Notes: generated from the sequence alone by a model not told the origin. A DNA stretch of 31,069 nucleotides from a virus (IMGVR_UViG_3300017716_002761:1-31069), one strand, 5' to 3'; positions 9,424-16,578 are shown, numbered from the stretch's first letter. Translations and numbers: made by a program.

Positions 9424-9592
9424 ATTGATGCAAGCTATGGATCAAATGGTTGATGCGCGAGTCAAAATCGTTCACGAAAAAATATATTCCAATTATCGAG
9501 AAGCGAATCGAATTCAGGAAGAGTTATATGATCCTGCTCGAGAAAAATTCTCTAATCTTATCAAAGAGTTAACCTCACCGATTCCATTTTAA
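9371..9592 (+). CDS. Hypothetical protein (start uncertain)
   Basis: ORF track; fills the gap before a promoter. Confidence 0.5.
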   Translation: MTGVKWMFQKSRQKTIDELMQAMDQMVDARVKIVHEKIYSNYREANRIQEELYDPAREKFSNLIKELTSPIPF

Positions 9593-9600
9593 AATTTCCC

Positions 9601-9629
9601 TTGACTAAAATATTATTCGAGCGTATTAT
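9601..9629 (+). promoter_or_regulatory. sigma70-like promoter
   Basis: TTGACT-N17-TATTAT. Confidence 0.6.
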
Positions 9630-9655
9630 AGGTCTACGATATAAGGAGACCTCTA

Positions 9656-10063
9656 GTGACGATGCATATTCTCCCTGCCTACTACACGACTACTGTCTCT
9701 AAGCGTAAGCAGAGTACCAAGGTACAGAAGCCCACCGCCCACGACAAGTGGTTGAAGAGTATGGGACTTTCATTGGATCAAATCACCGCTAAAAAAACGG
9801 TTGACAAAAATTGGAAAAAGGAATATACTAAGGTCTTGAAGGTTGACTCTAAGGATTACGAATCGTCAGGACTGTCGGGTAATGCTTCTTCCTGTGCCAA
9901 ACGTGATCTTATGAGCAACCTTCATAAGGAGCCTAAGCATGTTAGGGATGAGATTCTTGACAAGGCTAGTAGGGTCATGCCCCTATATAACAAAGGTGGT
10001 CTTCAGTACGCCACTCCGGCGACTGACATGACGACAGTTGGATCTAAAAGTAGGAGGGGTTAA
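9656..10063 (+). CDS. Hypothetical basic protein
   Basis: AAGGAG RBS; C-terminal PLYNKGGLQY motif seen in T4-like phage proteins. Confidence 0.65.
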   Translation: MTMHILPAYYTTTVSKRKQSTKVQKPTAHDKWLKSMGLSLDQITAKKTVDKNWKKEYTKVLKVDSKDYESSGLSGNASSCAKRDLMSNLHKEPKHVRDEILDKASRVMPLYNKGGLQYATPATDMTTVGSKSRRG

Positions 10064-10263
10064 TGGCTATCGAATTCAATGAGAACATTGATATTGTTTT
10101 CATTCAGATACAAGATATTAGTGGTAACTGGCAGACGATATCCCAGACGCCCAATCAATCTCAGATCATCATGATCGAGATGCAAAATCAAAAGCGTCAG
10201 TTTCCGAACTCAAAAATTCGCGCTGTTGATCCTCTAGGTAGATTAGTCGATATTATGATGTAA
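10063..10263 (+). CDS. Hypothetical protein
   Basis: AGGAGG RBS; TAATG coupling. Confidence 0.65.
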   Translation: MAIEFNENIDIVFIQIQDISGNWQTISQTPNQSQIIMIEMQNQKRQFPNSKIRAVDPLGRLVDIMM

Positions 10264-10271
10264 AATAATTA

Positions 10272-10300
10272 TTGACTTTTCTATTTTTTCATAGTATGAT
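10272..10300 (+). promoter_or_regulatory. sigma70-like promoter
   Basis: TTGACT-N17-TATGAT. Confidence 0.65.
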
Positions 10301-10329
10301 AACTAAATAATGTCACTAAGGAGTTTTGA

Positions 10330-10596
10330 ATGACTACGAATGTTTCTAAGGTTGATCGCGTTTATAAGGCTCTCGTTCTTGAAGGACAAGAGCTTACTGC
10401 TAAGCAGATCGCTTCTCGTTATAATGTTGCCAATCCTTACGATGCTGTTTACCAGCTGCGCATGGAAGGTTACTCCATCTACTGCAATAAGAATACAGAT
10501 TCTAAAGGTCGCGTAACTAACAAGTATCGTTTCGGTACTCCATCGCGCCAAGTTATTGCTGCGGGTTATAAGGCAATCGCAGCTGGTCTCGTCTAA
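10330..10596 (+). CDS. Winged helix-turn-helix DNA-binding protein
   Basis: LTAKQIASRY.VANPYDAVYQLRMEGYSI HTH followed by a beta wing; AAGGAG RBS. Confidence 0.7.
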   Translation: MTTNVSKVDRVYKALVLEGQELTAKQIASRYNVANPYDAVYQLRMEGYSIYCNKNTDSKGRVTNKYRFGTPSRQVIAAGYKAIAAGLV

Positions 10597-10621
10597 AAGT
10601 TTCCAACAATTGGGATCTTTC

Positions 10622-10651
10622 AAGGCGGGGGCAAAAATCCCCGCCTTTTTT
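10622..10651 (+). terminator. Rho-independent terminator
   Basis: AAGGCGGGG...CCCCGCCTT followed by a T-run. Confidence 0.85.
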
Positions 10652-10656
10652 AATGC

Positions 10657-10709
10657 TTGACATTTATATCCTTCGGGGTATAATTGAACTATGATACGCT
10701 GTTTGACAA
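10657..10709 (+). promoter_or_regulatory. Promoter of the RNA operon with boxA-like element
   Basis: TTGACA-N16-TATAAT (10657-10684), then CGCTGTTTGACAA (10697-10709), which resembles rrn boxA. Confidence 0.65.
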
Positions 10710-10733
10710 TTTAGAGTAAGATACAATCGCAAG

Positions 10734-10863
10734 ATTGTTTCTTCATGAATGCATCAGAACGTGGGTGATCGTAAAGCCCGCTAGGCTACTCATCCCGCAT
10801 AAGTTGGCCATAATGGGCGGTGGTATAGTAGTTAGATAGCTGGTGCATTCTTGAAGAAACAAT
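10734..10863 (+). ncRNA. Structured ncRNA 1 of unknown family
   Basis: 24-position closing stem (ATTGTTTCTTCATGAATGCATCAG / CTGGTGCATTCTTGAAGAAACAAT) with one U-U mismatch; internal hairpins. Confidence 0.7.
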
Positions 10864-10995
10864 GTTGTCTCTTCATAAGAACGTTACAGACCCATGTCAT
10901 GAATGGGCTTGGACAGATAAATGCATCGCGCTTAAGGTGGTTCGAATCCACTAGGAACTGATCATTCCCTGTAACGTTCTTTTGTAGAAACAATA
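10863..10995 (+). ncRNA. Structured ncRNA 2 with tRNA-like T-arm
   Basis: 27-position closing stem related to that of ncRNA 1. Internal hairpins CCCAT-GTCATGA-ATGGG, GTGG-TTCGAAT-CCAC and GGAA-CTGATCA-TTCC. Confidence 0.7.
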
Positions 10996-10998
10996 TGA

Positions 10999-11074
10999 TC
11001 GGGAGTGGCGCAATTGGTGGCGCAGGGGACTTTGAATCCCAAGGCTGTGGGTTCGAACCCTACCTCCCGAGCCA
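10999..11074 (+). tRNA. tRNA-Gln(UUG)
   Basis: Cloverleaf, loop CTTTGAA, CCA end. Confidence 0.92.
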
Positions 11075-11080
11075 AATATT

Positions 11081-11157
11081 GGATCCTTAGCTCAGTAGGT
11101 TAGAGCAACGGTCTTTTAAACCGCAGGTGCTGGGTTCGAGTCCCAGAGGATCCTCCA
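11081..11157 (+). tRNA. tRNA-Lys(UUU)
   Basis: Cloverleaf, loop CTTTTAA, CCA. Confidence 0.93.
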
Positions 11158-11163
11158 ATATTT

Positions 11164-11237
11164 ATCAGATAAGTGTTACGGTAGCACGACGGTCTCCAAA
11201 ACCGCAAGCGAAGGTTCGACTCCTTCATCTGGTGCCA
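11164..11237 (+). tRNA. tRNA-Trp(CCA)
   Basis: Loop CTCCAAA, G73, CCA. Confidence 0.9.
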
Positions 11238-11244
11238 AGTTTAT

Positions 11245-11321
<77 letters not shown>

Positions 11322-11326
11322 AATAC

Positions 11327-11410
11327 GGAGGGTAGCGTCTATGGTAGACACACAGTCTTGAAAACTGCGCCACCGCAAGGTTGATGGTTCGATTCCTTTA
11401 CCCTCCGCCA
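11327..11410 (+). tRNA. tRNA-Ser(UGA)
   Basis: Loop CTTGAAA, variable arm, G73, CCA. Confidence 0.88.
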
Positions 11411-11419
11411 TAACTAAAT

Positions 11420-11495
11420 GCTTCGCTGGTATAGCTGGTGCGTACGCTGGTCTGAAGAACCAGAGGATGCGGTTCGATTCCGTGGCGAAGCACCA
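11420..11495 (+). tRNA. tRNA-Phe(GAA)
   Basis: Loop CTGAAGA (G37), CCA. Confidence 0.88.
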
Positions 11496-11499
11496 TTTC

Positions 11500-11591
11500 G
11501 GGGAGTGCAAATAAGGACAGGCTGGTGCCGTCGGGTGACTGTAAATCACCTCCTTACAGGCAAGAGGTTCGATTCCGTCCATTCCCCACCA
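11500..11591 (+). tRNA. Atypical tRNA-Tyr(GUA)
   Basis: Acceptor GGGGAGT/ATTCCCC, anticodon arm GGTGA-CTGTAAA-TCACC, CCA. Enlarged D region and poorly paired T stem. Confidence 0.75.
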
Positions 11592-11599
11592 AAATAAAT

Positions 11600-11676
11600 G
11601 CTGATTGGGCGGTATTGGCTATCGCGCTGGATTCATATCCCAGTTAAAGTTGGTTCGATGCCAACATTCAGCACCA
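11600..11676 (+). tRNA. tRNA with CAU anticodon (elongator Met or Ile2)
   Basis: Loop TTCATAT, T-arm GTTGG-TTCGATG-CCAAC, CCA. Confidence 0.78.
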
Positions 11677-11683
11677 GAATAAT

Positions 11684-11761
11684 CCTCCGTTGGTGTAGCG
11701 GTCAAACATACCCGCCTTTCAAGCGTGGAGATCGTCGGTTCAAATCCGACACGGAGGACCA
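11684..11761 (+). tRNA. tRNA-Glu(UUC)
   Basis: Loop CTTTCAA, CCA. Confidence 0.88.
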
Positions 11762-11769
11762 AAGTTTAT

Positions 11770-11847
11770 GTTTGGTATAGCATGGTGCTTTCAGCAGGAG
11801 TCATGACCTGTGCGACGAAGTGGGTTCGAATCCTACACCAGACTCCA
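11770..11847 (+). tRNA. Atypical tRNA-like gene (8-nt loop AGTCATGA, possible CAU)
   Basis: Intact acceptor GTTTGGT/ACCAGAC, canonical T-arm and CCA. Minimal D arm and irregular anticodon arm. Confidence 0.6.
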
Positions 11848-11852
11848 AATAC

Positions 11853-11927
11853 AGTCGTTTAGCTCAGAGGTAGAGCACTGTCCTGATAAGACAGGGGCGG
11901 AAGGATCGTTACCTTCAACGACTACCA
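11853..11927 (+). tRNA. tRNA-Ile(GAU)
   Basis: Loop CTGATAA, variant T-loop ATCGTTA, CCA. Confidence 0.9.
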
Positions 11928-11931
11928 ATAT

Positions 11932-12007
11932 GGACCATTAGCTGAGTTGGTTTTAGCACGGGACTCTTAATCCCTTGACGTTGGTTCGAATCCAACATGG
12001 TCTACCA
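11932..12007 (+). tRNA. tRNA-Lys(CUU)
   Basis: Loop CTCTTAA, CCA. Confidence 0.9.
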
Positions 12008-12045
12008 TAAATAATATTATTAGCATGTAAGATGGATCTATCCTT

Positions 12046-13584
12046 ATGATTAAGAAGATAATTTTGTTTGGTGATATGAGATTAGGAACAAAATCTATAC
12101 CATTCAAATCATCTTCAATATCAAGATTAGCTTACGCCTTACGAAAAAAAGGTTACTTGGTTAAACAAGTACATCATTGTGTTAGTTTTACATACGATGA
12201 GATTAAATCTGTTATATCAAATTTTTCTGAAGGGGAAAAAGTTTGTGTTGGTGTTAGTACCTCTTTTCTAGCAGACGACAATTCAAAAGATCGTTATTTC
12301 TGGGGATATAACAGTTATGTGTTTCTGTTAAATGTTGGAAGAGTTTGTAAAGAATTCGGTTTTCCTTACCTGTTAGGTGGATGGGAAATAACAGAAACAG
12401 CATTAGAAGATAAATTTGATGGTTGGGGATTTTCAAATCTGTCGAAGGTAGTCACCTACTTCATTGAAGGTAAGGATACCGAAGCGATTGAAGATGTTTG
12501 TAATGACAAACCTGTAGTTTATAAGCTTATAGCGAATGACATAAAGTTAGTTCTTACAAAAGAAAATGAAGACTTCAGTGATTGTGCTAGTACATTATCG
12601 ACTGAAGATTTTGTAATGCAAGGAGAAAGCGTTTGCACCGAAGTCGCGGCAGGTTGTATCTTCAGTTGCTCGTTCTGTAACTATGCAGCATTAGGTAAAA
12701 AGAAAAATCAATACACAAGAACATACGATTCTTTTGAAGAAGAAATAAAAGAAAATTACAAAAATTTTAAAATTTCTCTTTATAATTTAACCGATAATAT
12801 TGTTAACGATACTCCTGAAAAAATTAGATATCTAATAGATGTTAGAGAAAAAACAGGTATCGATTTTAAGTGGTCTGGATATGTAAGACTAGATACGATT
12901 CGAACAAAAGAACAAGCTATACTTCTTAAAGAATCGGGTATGATAGGTGCAAGTTTCGGTATCGAAAGTTTTTATAAAGCATCTGGTCCTTACATCGGTA
13001 AGGTAACAGATAAAGAACGATTGATGAAATCACTTGAGACTATGAGAAATGTTTTCAATGATGATGCTATATTAACTGGATTGTTCATAGCAGGTTTACC
13101 TGAAGAACCAATAGATCATATCATTAAAACGCATGAATGGTTAGACTCTATAGAAGGCAGATACTATCTAGATCAACATAGATATTCTTCTTTCAGATTG
13201 TTTGATTATAACGCTGACAAAAATGACATTAACAAGGCAAGAAACAATCCGTTTCGTGATTATACAATAATAGATAGATCGACAAACATTAAAGGCAAGT
13301 CAAAGTCTCGAAATGTGTTCAACACATGGGTAAGTCCTTGGACGAGCTACGAAGAAGTTGATGAAATATGTAAGCAAATTGAACGAGAACAAAAAAACAG
13401 ACTAGGAGGTGCTTTTTTTCTAGCGTTTCTGGTAAATTCTGGTTACGAGTTGAATACGCTAATTAAAGATATTAGAGATTCCAGTAAACAAGGCACAATT
13501 TTCAAACCTCGTTTCGAAGAAGAAGGTAAAAAGTTCATAAGGAATTATATAGATAAAGTTTGCACTAAAAAAGTGCTTGACTAA
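12046..13584 (+). CDS. Radical SAM protein with B12-binding-like N-terminal domain (paralog 1)
   Basis: GCIFSCSFC (CxxxCxxC), LTDN, YVRLD, FGIES and FIAGLP. Confidence 0.88.
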   Translation: MIKKIILFGDMRLGTKSIPFKSSSISRLAYALRKKGYLVKQVHHCVSFTYDEIKSVISNFSEGEKVCVGVSTSFLADDNSKDRYFWGYNSYVFLLNVGRVCKEFGFPYLLGGWEITETALEDKFDGWGFSNLSKVVTYFIEGKDTEAIEDVCNDKPVVYKLIANDIKLVLTKENEDFSDCASTLSTEDFVMQGESVCTEVAAGCIFSCSFCNYAALGKKKNQYTRTYDSFEEEIKENYKNFKISLYNLTDNIVNDTPEKIRYLIDVREKTGIDFKWSGYVRLDTIRTKEQAILLKESGMIGASFGIESFYKASGPYIGKVTDKERLMKSLETMRNVFNDDAILTGLFIAGLPEEPIDHIIKTHEWLDSIEGRYYLDQHRYSSFRLFDYNADKNDINKARNNPFRDYTIIDRSTNIKGKSKSRNVFNTWVSPWTSYEEVDEICKQIEREQKNRLGGAFFLAFLVNSGYELNTLIKDIRDSSKQGTIFKPRFEEEGKKFIRNYIDKVCTKKVLD

Positions 13585-13605
13585 AATACTAAATAATAGT
13601 ATCAT
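13577..13605 (+). promoter_or_regulatory. sigma70-like promoter
   Basis: TTGACT-N17-TATCAT. Confidence 0.55.
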
Positions 13606-13633
13606 AATGATATAATCTAATGGAGTTAAACAA

Positions 13634-14164
13634 ATGAAGTCGTTTACTATTCTCGCTGGTCTGTTCCTTTCTACTGCTGCTATCGCAGCTGATCTTCCTT
13701 CTAGGAATGCACCGCTACCGCCTGTCCGTCCAGTTTTTGTTGAAACTGCCAAGCCTTTTTTCGTTGGTGTCCATCTTGGCACATCAAACTACGACCAGAA
13801 GCTTTGGTCAAATAACTCAGAAGTTCGAGCAAACGTTCGAGCTGGTTATGAGTTTTCTCCATACGTTCGTCTCGAAGCTAACTATGACTATGGCCACAGC
13901 GATATTCTTGACTTCCGTACTAACACTGTTACAGGTAACCTGATCGGTCAGTATCGTTTTGGTTCTGTTGTTCCTTATGCTCTTGCTGGTGGTGGTTATC
14001 GCTGGTCAGGTATCAAGAATGAAGCAGTCTATAACGTTGGTGGTGGTGTTCGCTACGATCTGAATTCTCGGTTCGAAGTTGATGCTCGTTACCGTTATGT
14101 TGCAAACTTCGATAATCGTCGTGATGAAAACGTCACTACGCTCGGTGTGAACTACAAGTTCTAA
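13634..14164 (+). CDS. Outer-membrane beta-barrel protein (Omp25/RopB-like porin family)
   Basis: Signal peptide followed by AADLPSR, amphipathic strands, C-terminal GVNYKF BAM signal. Confidence 0.88.
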   Translation: MKSFTILAGLFLSTAAIAADLPSRNAPLPPVRPVFVETAKPFFVGVHLGTSNYDQKLWSNNSEVRANVRAGYEFSPYVRLEANYDYGHSDILDFRTNTVTGNLIGQYRFGSVVPYALAGGGYRWSGIKNEAVYNVGGGVRYDLNSRFEVDARYRYVANFDNRRDENVTTLGVNYKF

Positions 14165-14174
14165 GGAGATTAAT

Positions 14175-14369
14175 ATGGGTAAGGTATGGGTGGTTTGTGG
14201 TCTTGCTTTTGTTCTTACGGGATGTAATGCAACGGTATACTCAGAGCACCGTATAACTCCTTACCCATATTACCGACAATATTACCCAGCGCCAGTATAT
14301 GTTGCACCGCGACCTGTTTATCGCCAGCCATATTACTATCGCCATAATCGGTATCATTATTACCGATAA
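14175..14369 (+). CDS. Small Tyr/Pro/Arg-rich lipoprotein
   Basis: Lipobox LTGC; AAGGAG RBS. Confidence 0.7.
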   Translation: MGKVWVVCGLAFVLTGCNATVYSEHRITPYPYYRQYYPAPVYVAPRPVYRQPYYYRHNRYHYYR

Positions 14370-14377
14370 GAGTTTAT

Positions 14378-14454
14378 TCTGGTGGAGCCTGATTGGTACA
14401 GGCACGTGACTGTTAATCACGCCGCTGTAGGTTCGAGTCCTACCACCAGAGCCA
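14378..14454 (+). tRNA. tRNA-Asn(GUU)
   Basis: Loop CTGTTAA, U1:A72, G73, CCA. Confidence 0.92.
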
Positions 14455-14457
14455 GTT

Positions 14458-14548
14458 TGAAGCATCTTTGGTCCCATTCGCCTGGAACGGGATACATGTT
14501 TGTAGCGAAAGTTGCCCACTACAATGGGACGTTGCCAAAGATGCTTCA
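14458..14548 (+). ncRNA. Structured ncRNA 3 of unknown family
   Basis: Perfect 14-bp terminal stem TGAAGCATCTTTGG/CCAAAGATGCTTCA plus inner TCCCATT/AATGGGA; exactly fills a spacer between tRNAs. Confidence 0.6.
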
Positions 14549-14557
14549 TTTAGATTT

Positions 14558-14632
14558 GGTCCGTTGGCGCAGCGGTAGCGCAGCTCCTTTACACGGAGAA
14601 GGTCGGCAGTTCAACCCTGTCACGGACTACCA
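14558..14632 (+). tRNA. tRNA-Val(UAC)
   Basis: Loop TTTACAC, CCA. Confidence 0.9.
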
Positions 14633-14637
14633 TTATT

Positions 14638-14710
14638 GGGGAATGCTCAGGGCAAGCACGAATCCTTTGCAAGGAATCTGAGATCGGTTCGAGTCCGATA
14701 TTCTCCACCA
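14638..14710 (+). tRNA. tRNA-Ala(UGC)
   Basis: Loop TTTGCAA, G3:U70 Ala identity pair, A73, CCA; irregular D arm. Confidence 0.82.
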
Positions 14711-14767
14711 TTTTGGTTGGTCGCATAATAGACTCGCGTGGGTCCACGGTCAGCCCACACCAGTTTC

Positions 14768-14843
14768 GCCCGTATAGCTCATCTGGTAGAGCAACTGCCT
14801 TGTAAGCAGTAGGCGGTGGGTTCGAGTCCTGCTGCGGGCACCA
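14768..14843 (+). tRNA. tRNA-Thr(UGU)
   Basis: Loop CTTGTAA, CCA. Confidence 0.95.
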
Positions 14844-14849
14844 TTTTAT

Positions 14850-14921
14850 CGCGGAGTAGAGAAGTAGCATCTCGCCAGTCTCATAAACTGGAAATCGCTG
14901 GTGCAAGTCCAGCCTCTGCAA
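14850..14921 (+). tRNA. Initiator-like tRNA-Met(CAU), no encoded CCA
   Basis: C1xA72 mismatch, loop CTCATAA, variant T-loop TGCAAGT. Confidence 0.8.
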
Positions 14922-14929
14922 CATAAGCA

Positions 14930-14978
14930 CCTCAATTGTATAAATAGTAATGTCAATAAAACTATTATACAATTGAGG
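14930..14978 (+). promoter_or_regulatory. T4 late promoter inside an RBS-sequestering hairpin
   Basis: TATAAATA at 14939-14946 lies in the 5' arm of the inverted repeat CCTCAATTGTATAA/TTATACAATTGAGG. Confidence 0.8.
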
Positions 14979-14986
14979 GTTCAGCA

Positions 14987-15634
14987 TTGTTTTATACAAT
15001 TTATAAGATTACCAACAAAATCAACGATAAGTTCTATGTTGGAATGCATAAAACTCATAATCTCAATGATGGATATATGGGTTCCGGCAAATTAATCAAA
15101 AGAGCTATCAAAAAATATGGTGGCGAAAATTTTGCTAAAGAAATTCTTCATATATTTGATAATGAAGAGGATATGAAAAATAAAGAGAAAGAGCTTGTCG
15201 TTCTAAGTGAAATAAGTTACAATTTATGCGAAGGCGGGAAAGGTGGTTTTGGTTATATAAATTCTAACGAAGAGTTAGTTGTTAAAAGAGATGCGAAAGA
15301 AAATAAGAAAAAAGGGTATCTCGCTAACAAGAACAATATGACAAAACCTAAAAACATAAATCCTGAAAACATATCAAAGGGTTTAAGAAAACGATACGAA
15401 GAACAAGGATTTATTTCGCATTGGACTGGGAAAAAACATTCTACTGAAACTATTTCTAAAATGAAGGCGAAAGCTGCTGGTAGAAACTATAAAGAATCTA
15501 ACCCGAATTATGGAAAAGTTTGGGTTACAAACGGTAATGATAACAGAATTATTCCTCAAGAAAAACTTGAAGAATACTTTGTTTTAGGTTATACTAAAGG
15601 TAGAAAGTTAAACATAACTAGAGGAAACAGGTAA
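14987..15634 (+). mobile_element. Free-standing GIY-YIG (Seg-like) homing endonuclease 1
   Basis: IYKITNKIN.KFYVGMH, YMGSG, YNL..GG and NUMOD3-like GKKHSTETISKM. Confidence 0.9.
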
Positions 15635-15644
15635 TCGCTCTTCT

Positions 15645-15652
15645 TATAAATA
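15645..15652 (+). promoter_or_regulatory. T4 late promoter
   Basis: TATAAATA upstream of an AAGGAG RBS. Confidence 0.75.
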
Positions 15653-15672
15653 ATAAAAAAAGGAGATCGATT

Positions 15673-16074
15673 ATGATGTCATTTAAAGAATTCCTAAAAC
15701 AAAACGATCCTTCTCTTGAAGAAGGTTGGTCTGAAAAAGTAGGAGCCTTCGGTAGAAGTTTTGCGGACAAAGCTTCTCTTGGCGGATACAAATACGCGAG
15801 AGCTGCCGTAGATCATGGTATAAAAAAGGCGTTAGGTAAAAGCAAAACATACCAAAACGAATTGGATCAAGAGAAAGAAAAGCTAGAGAAGGATTCTAAA
15901 GAGCAGCCTGCAGCTTCTGCCGCTGGTGACATCGTTGGACATGCTGTGCCTTATGTACCAGTAGTTGGACCATTGGTTCAATCAGCCAAAAATGTATTAG
16001 ATAAAATTATAGGCGTTGGCGAGAAAGCTGCTCCGGTAGCTGACAAAATCCAAAGAGCTGTAAAACAAAATTAA
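15673..16074 (+). CDS. Late-expressed hypothetical protein, possible internal head protein
   Basis: Late promoter; N-terminal MSFKEFL..SLEE. Confidence 0.65.
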   Translation: MMSFKEFLKQNDPSLEEGWSEKVGAFGRSFADKASLGGYKYARAAVDHGIKKALGKSKTYQNELDQEKEKLEKDSKEQPAASAAGDIVGHAVPYVPVVGPLVQSAKNVLDKIIGVGEKAAPVADKIQRAVKQN

Positions 16075-16075
16075 T

Positions 16076-16151
16076 GCAACTAGAGGGAGCTGGTGAACCC
16101 GCAGGACTGTCAATCCTGATTTGGCGAGATCGATACTCGTTAGTTGCGCCA
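16076..16151 (+). tRNA. tRNA-Asp(GUC)
   Basis: Loop CTGTCAA, G73, variant T-loop ATCGATA, CCA. Confidence 0.85.
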
Positions 16152-16157
16152 TTCTGC

Positions 16158-16185
16158 TTGACTTTGACATGGAATAGTATATAAT
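16158..16185 (+). promoter_or_regulatory. sigma70-like promoter
   Basis: TTGACT-N16-TATAAT. Confidence 0.55.
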
Positions 16186-16214
16186 ATACCTATGATGAAA
16201 TATACAATGTAGGA

Positions 16215-16499
16215 GTGAATATGTTACTGAGATACGTGCAAGGTTATCTGATGAATTTTGCTGTGATGTTTGGAATTTGCTTTGGTATATGTACAGGCGT
16301 TTTGTTAACATTTTATACACTTGTACCGTTTATTATGTGGGACTTTGCATTGTTTTATGAACAATCATGGTTAAATCTTATGTTTTTTCTGATTCGTGTG
16401 ATAGTGGTTATTTCTGTAATTGTGGCTATTTGGTATTGTTTAGATGCCAACACTAAGCGTCTTATTGAAAAGTATGCAAAAGAAGGAAATAAAAAGTAA
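16215..16499 (+). CDS. Membrane protein with two hydrophobic segments
   Basis: Hydrophobic stretches; AGGAG RBS suggests a start at 16221. Confidence 0.65.
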   Translation: MNMLLRYVQGYLMNFAVMFGICFGICTGVLLTFYTLVPFIMWDFALFYEQSWLNLMFFLIRVIVVISVIVAIWYCLDANTKRLIEKYAKEGNKK

Positions 16500-16502
16500 T
16501 AT

Positions 16503-16578
16503 TCCAGAGTAGTTCAATTGGTAGAACATCAGCCTCTGAAGCTGAGTGTCGGTGGTTCGAACCCATCCTCTGGATCCA
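16503..16578 (+). tRNA. tRNA-Gln(CUG)
   Basis: Loop CTCTGAA, U1:A72, CCA. Confidence 0.92.

Noticed and set aside
10703-10727. Second promoter TTGACA...TACAAT
   Set aside because: The spacer is only 13 nt; the TTGACA is better explained as part of the boxA-like element.
11770-11847. Opal suppressor or selenocysteine tRNA (UCA) and genetic code reassignment
   Set aside because: Reading TCA as the anticodon puts G at position 33, and there is no Sec-type long acceptor or variable arm. Conserved genes (gp46, gp45, regA) end normally at TGA.
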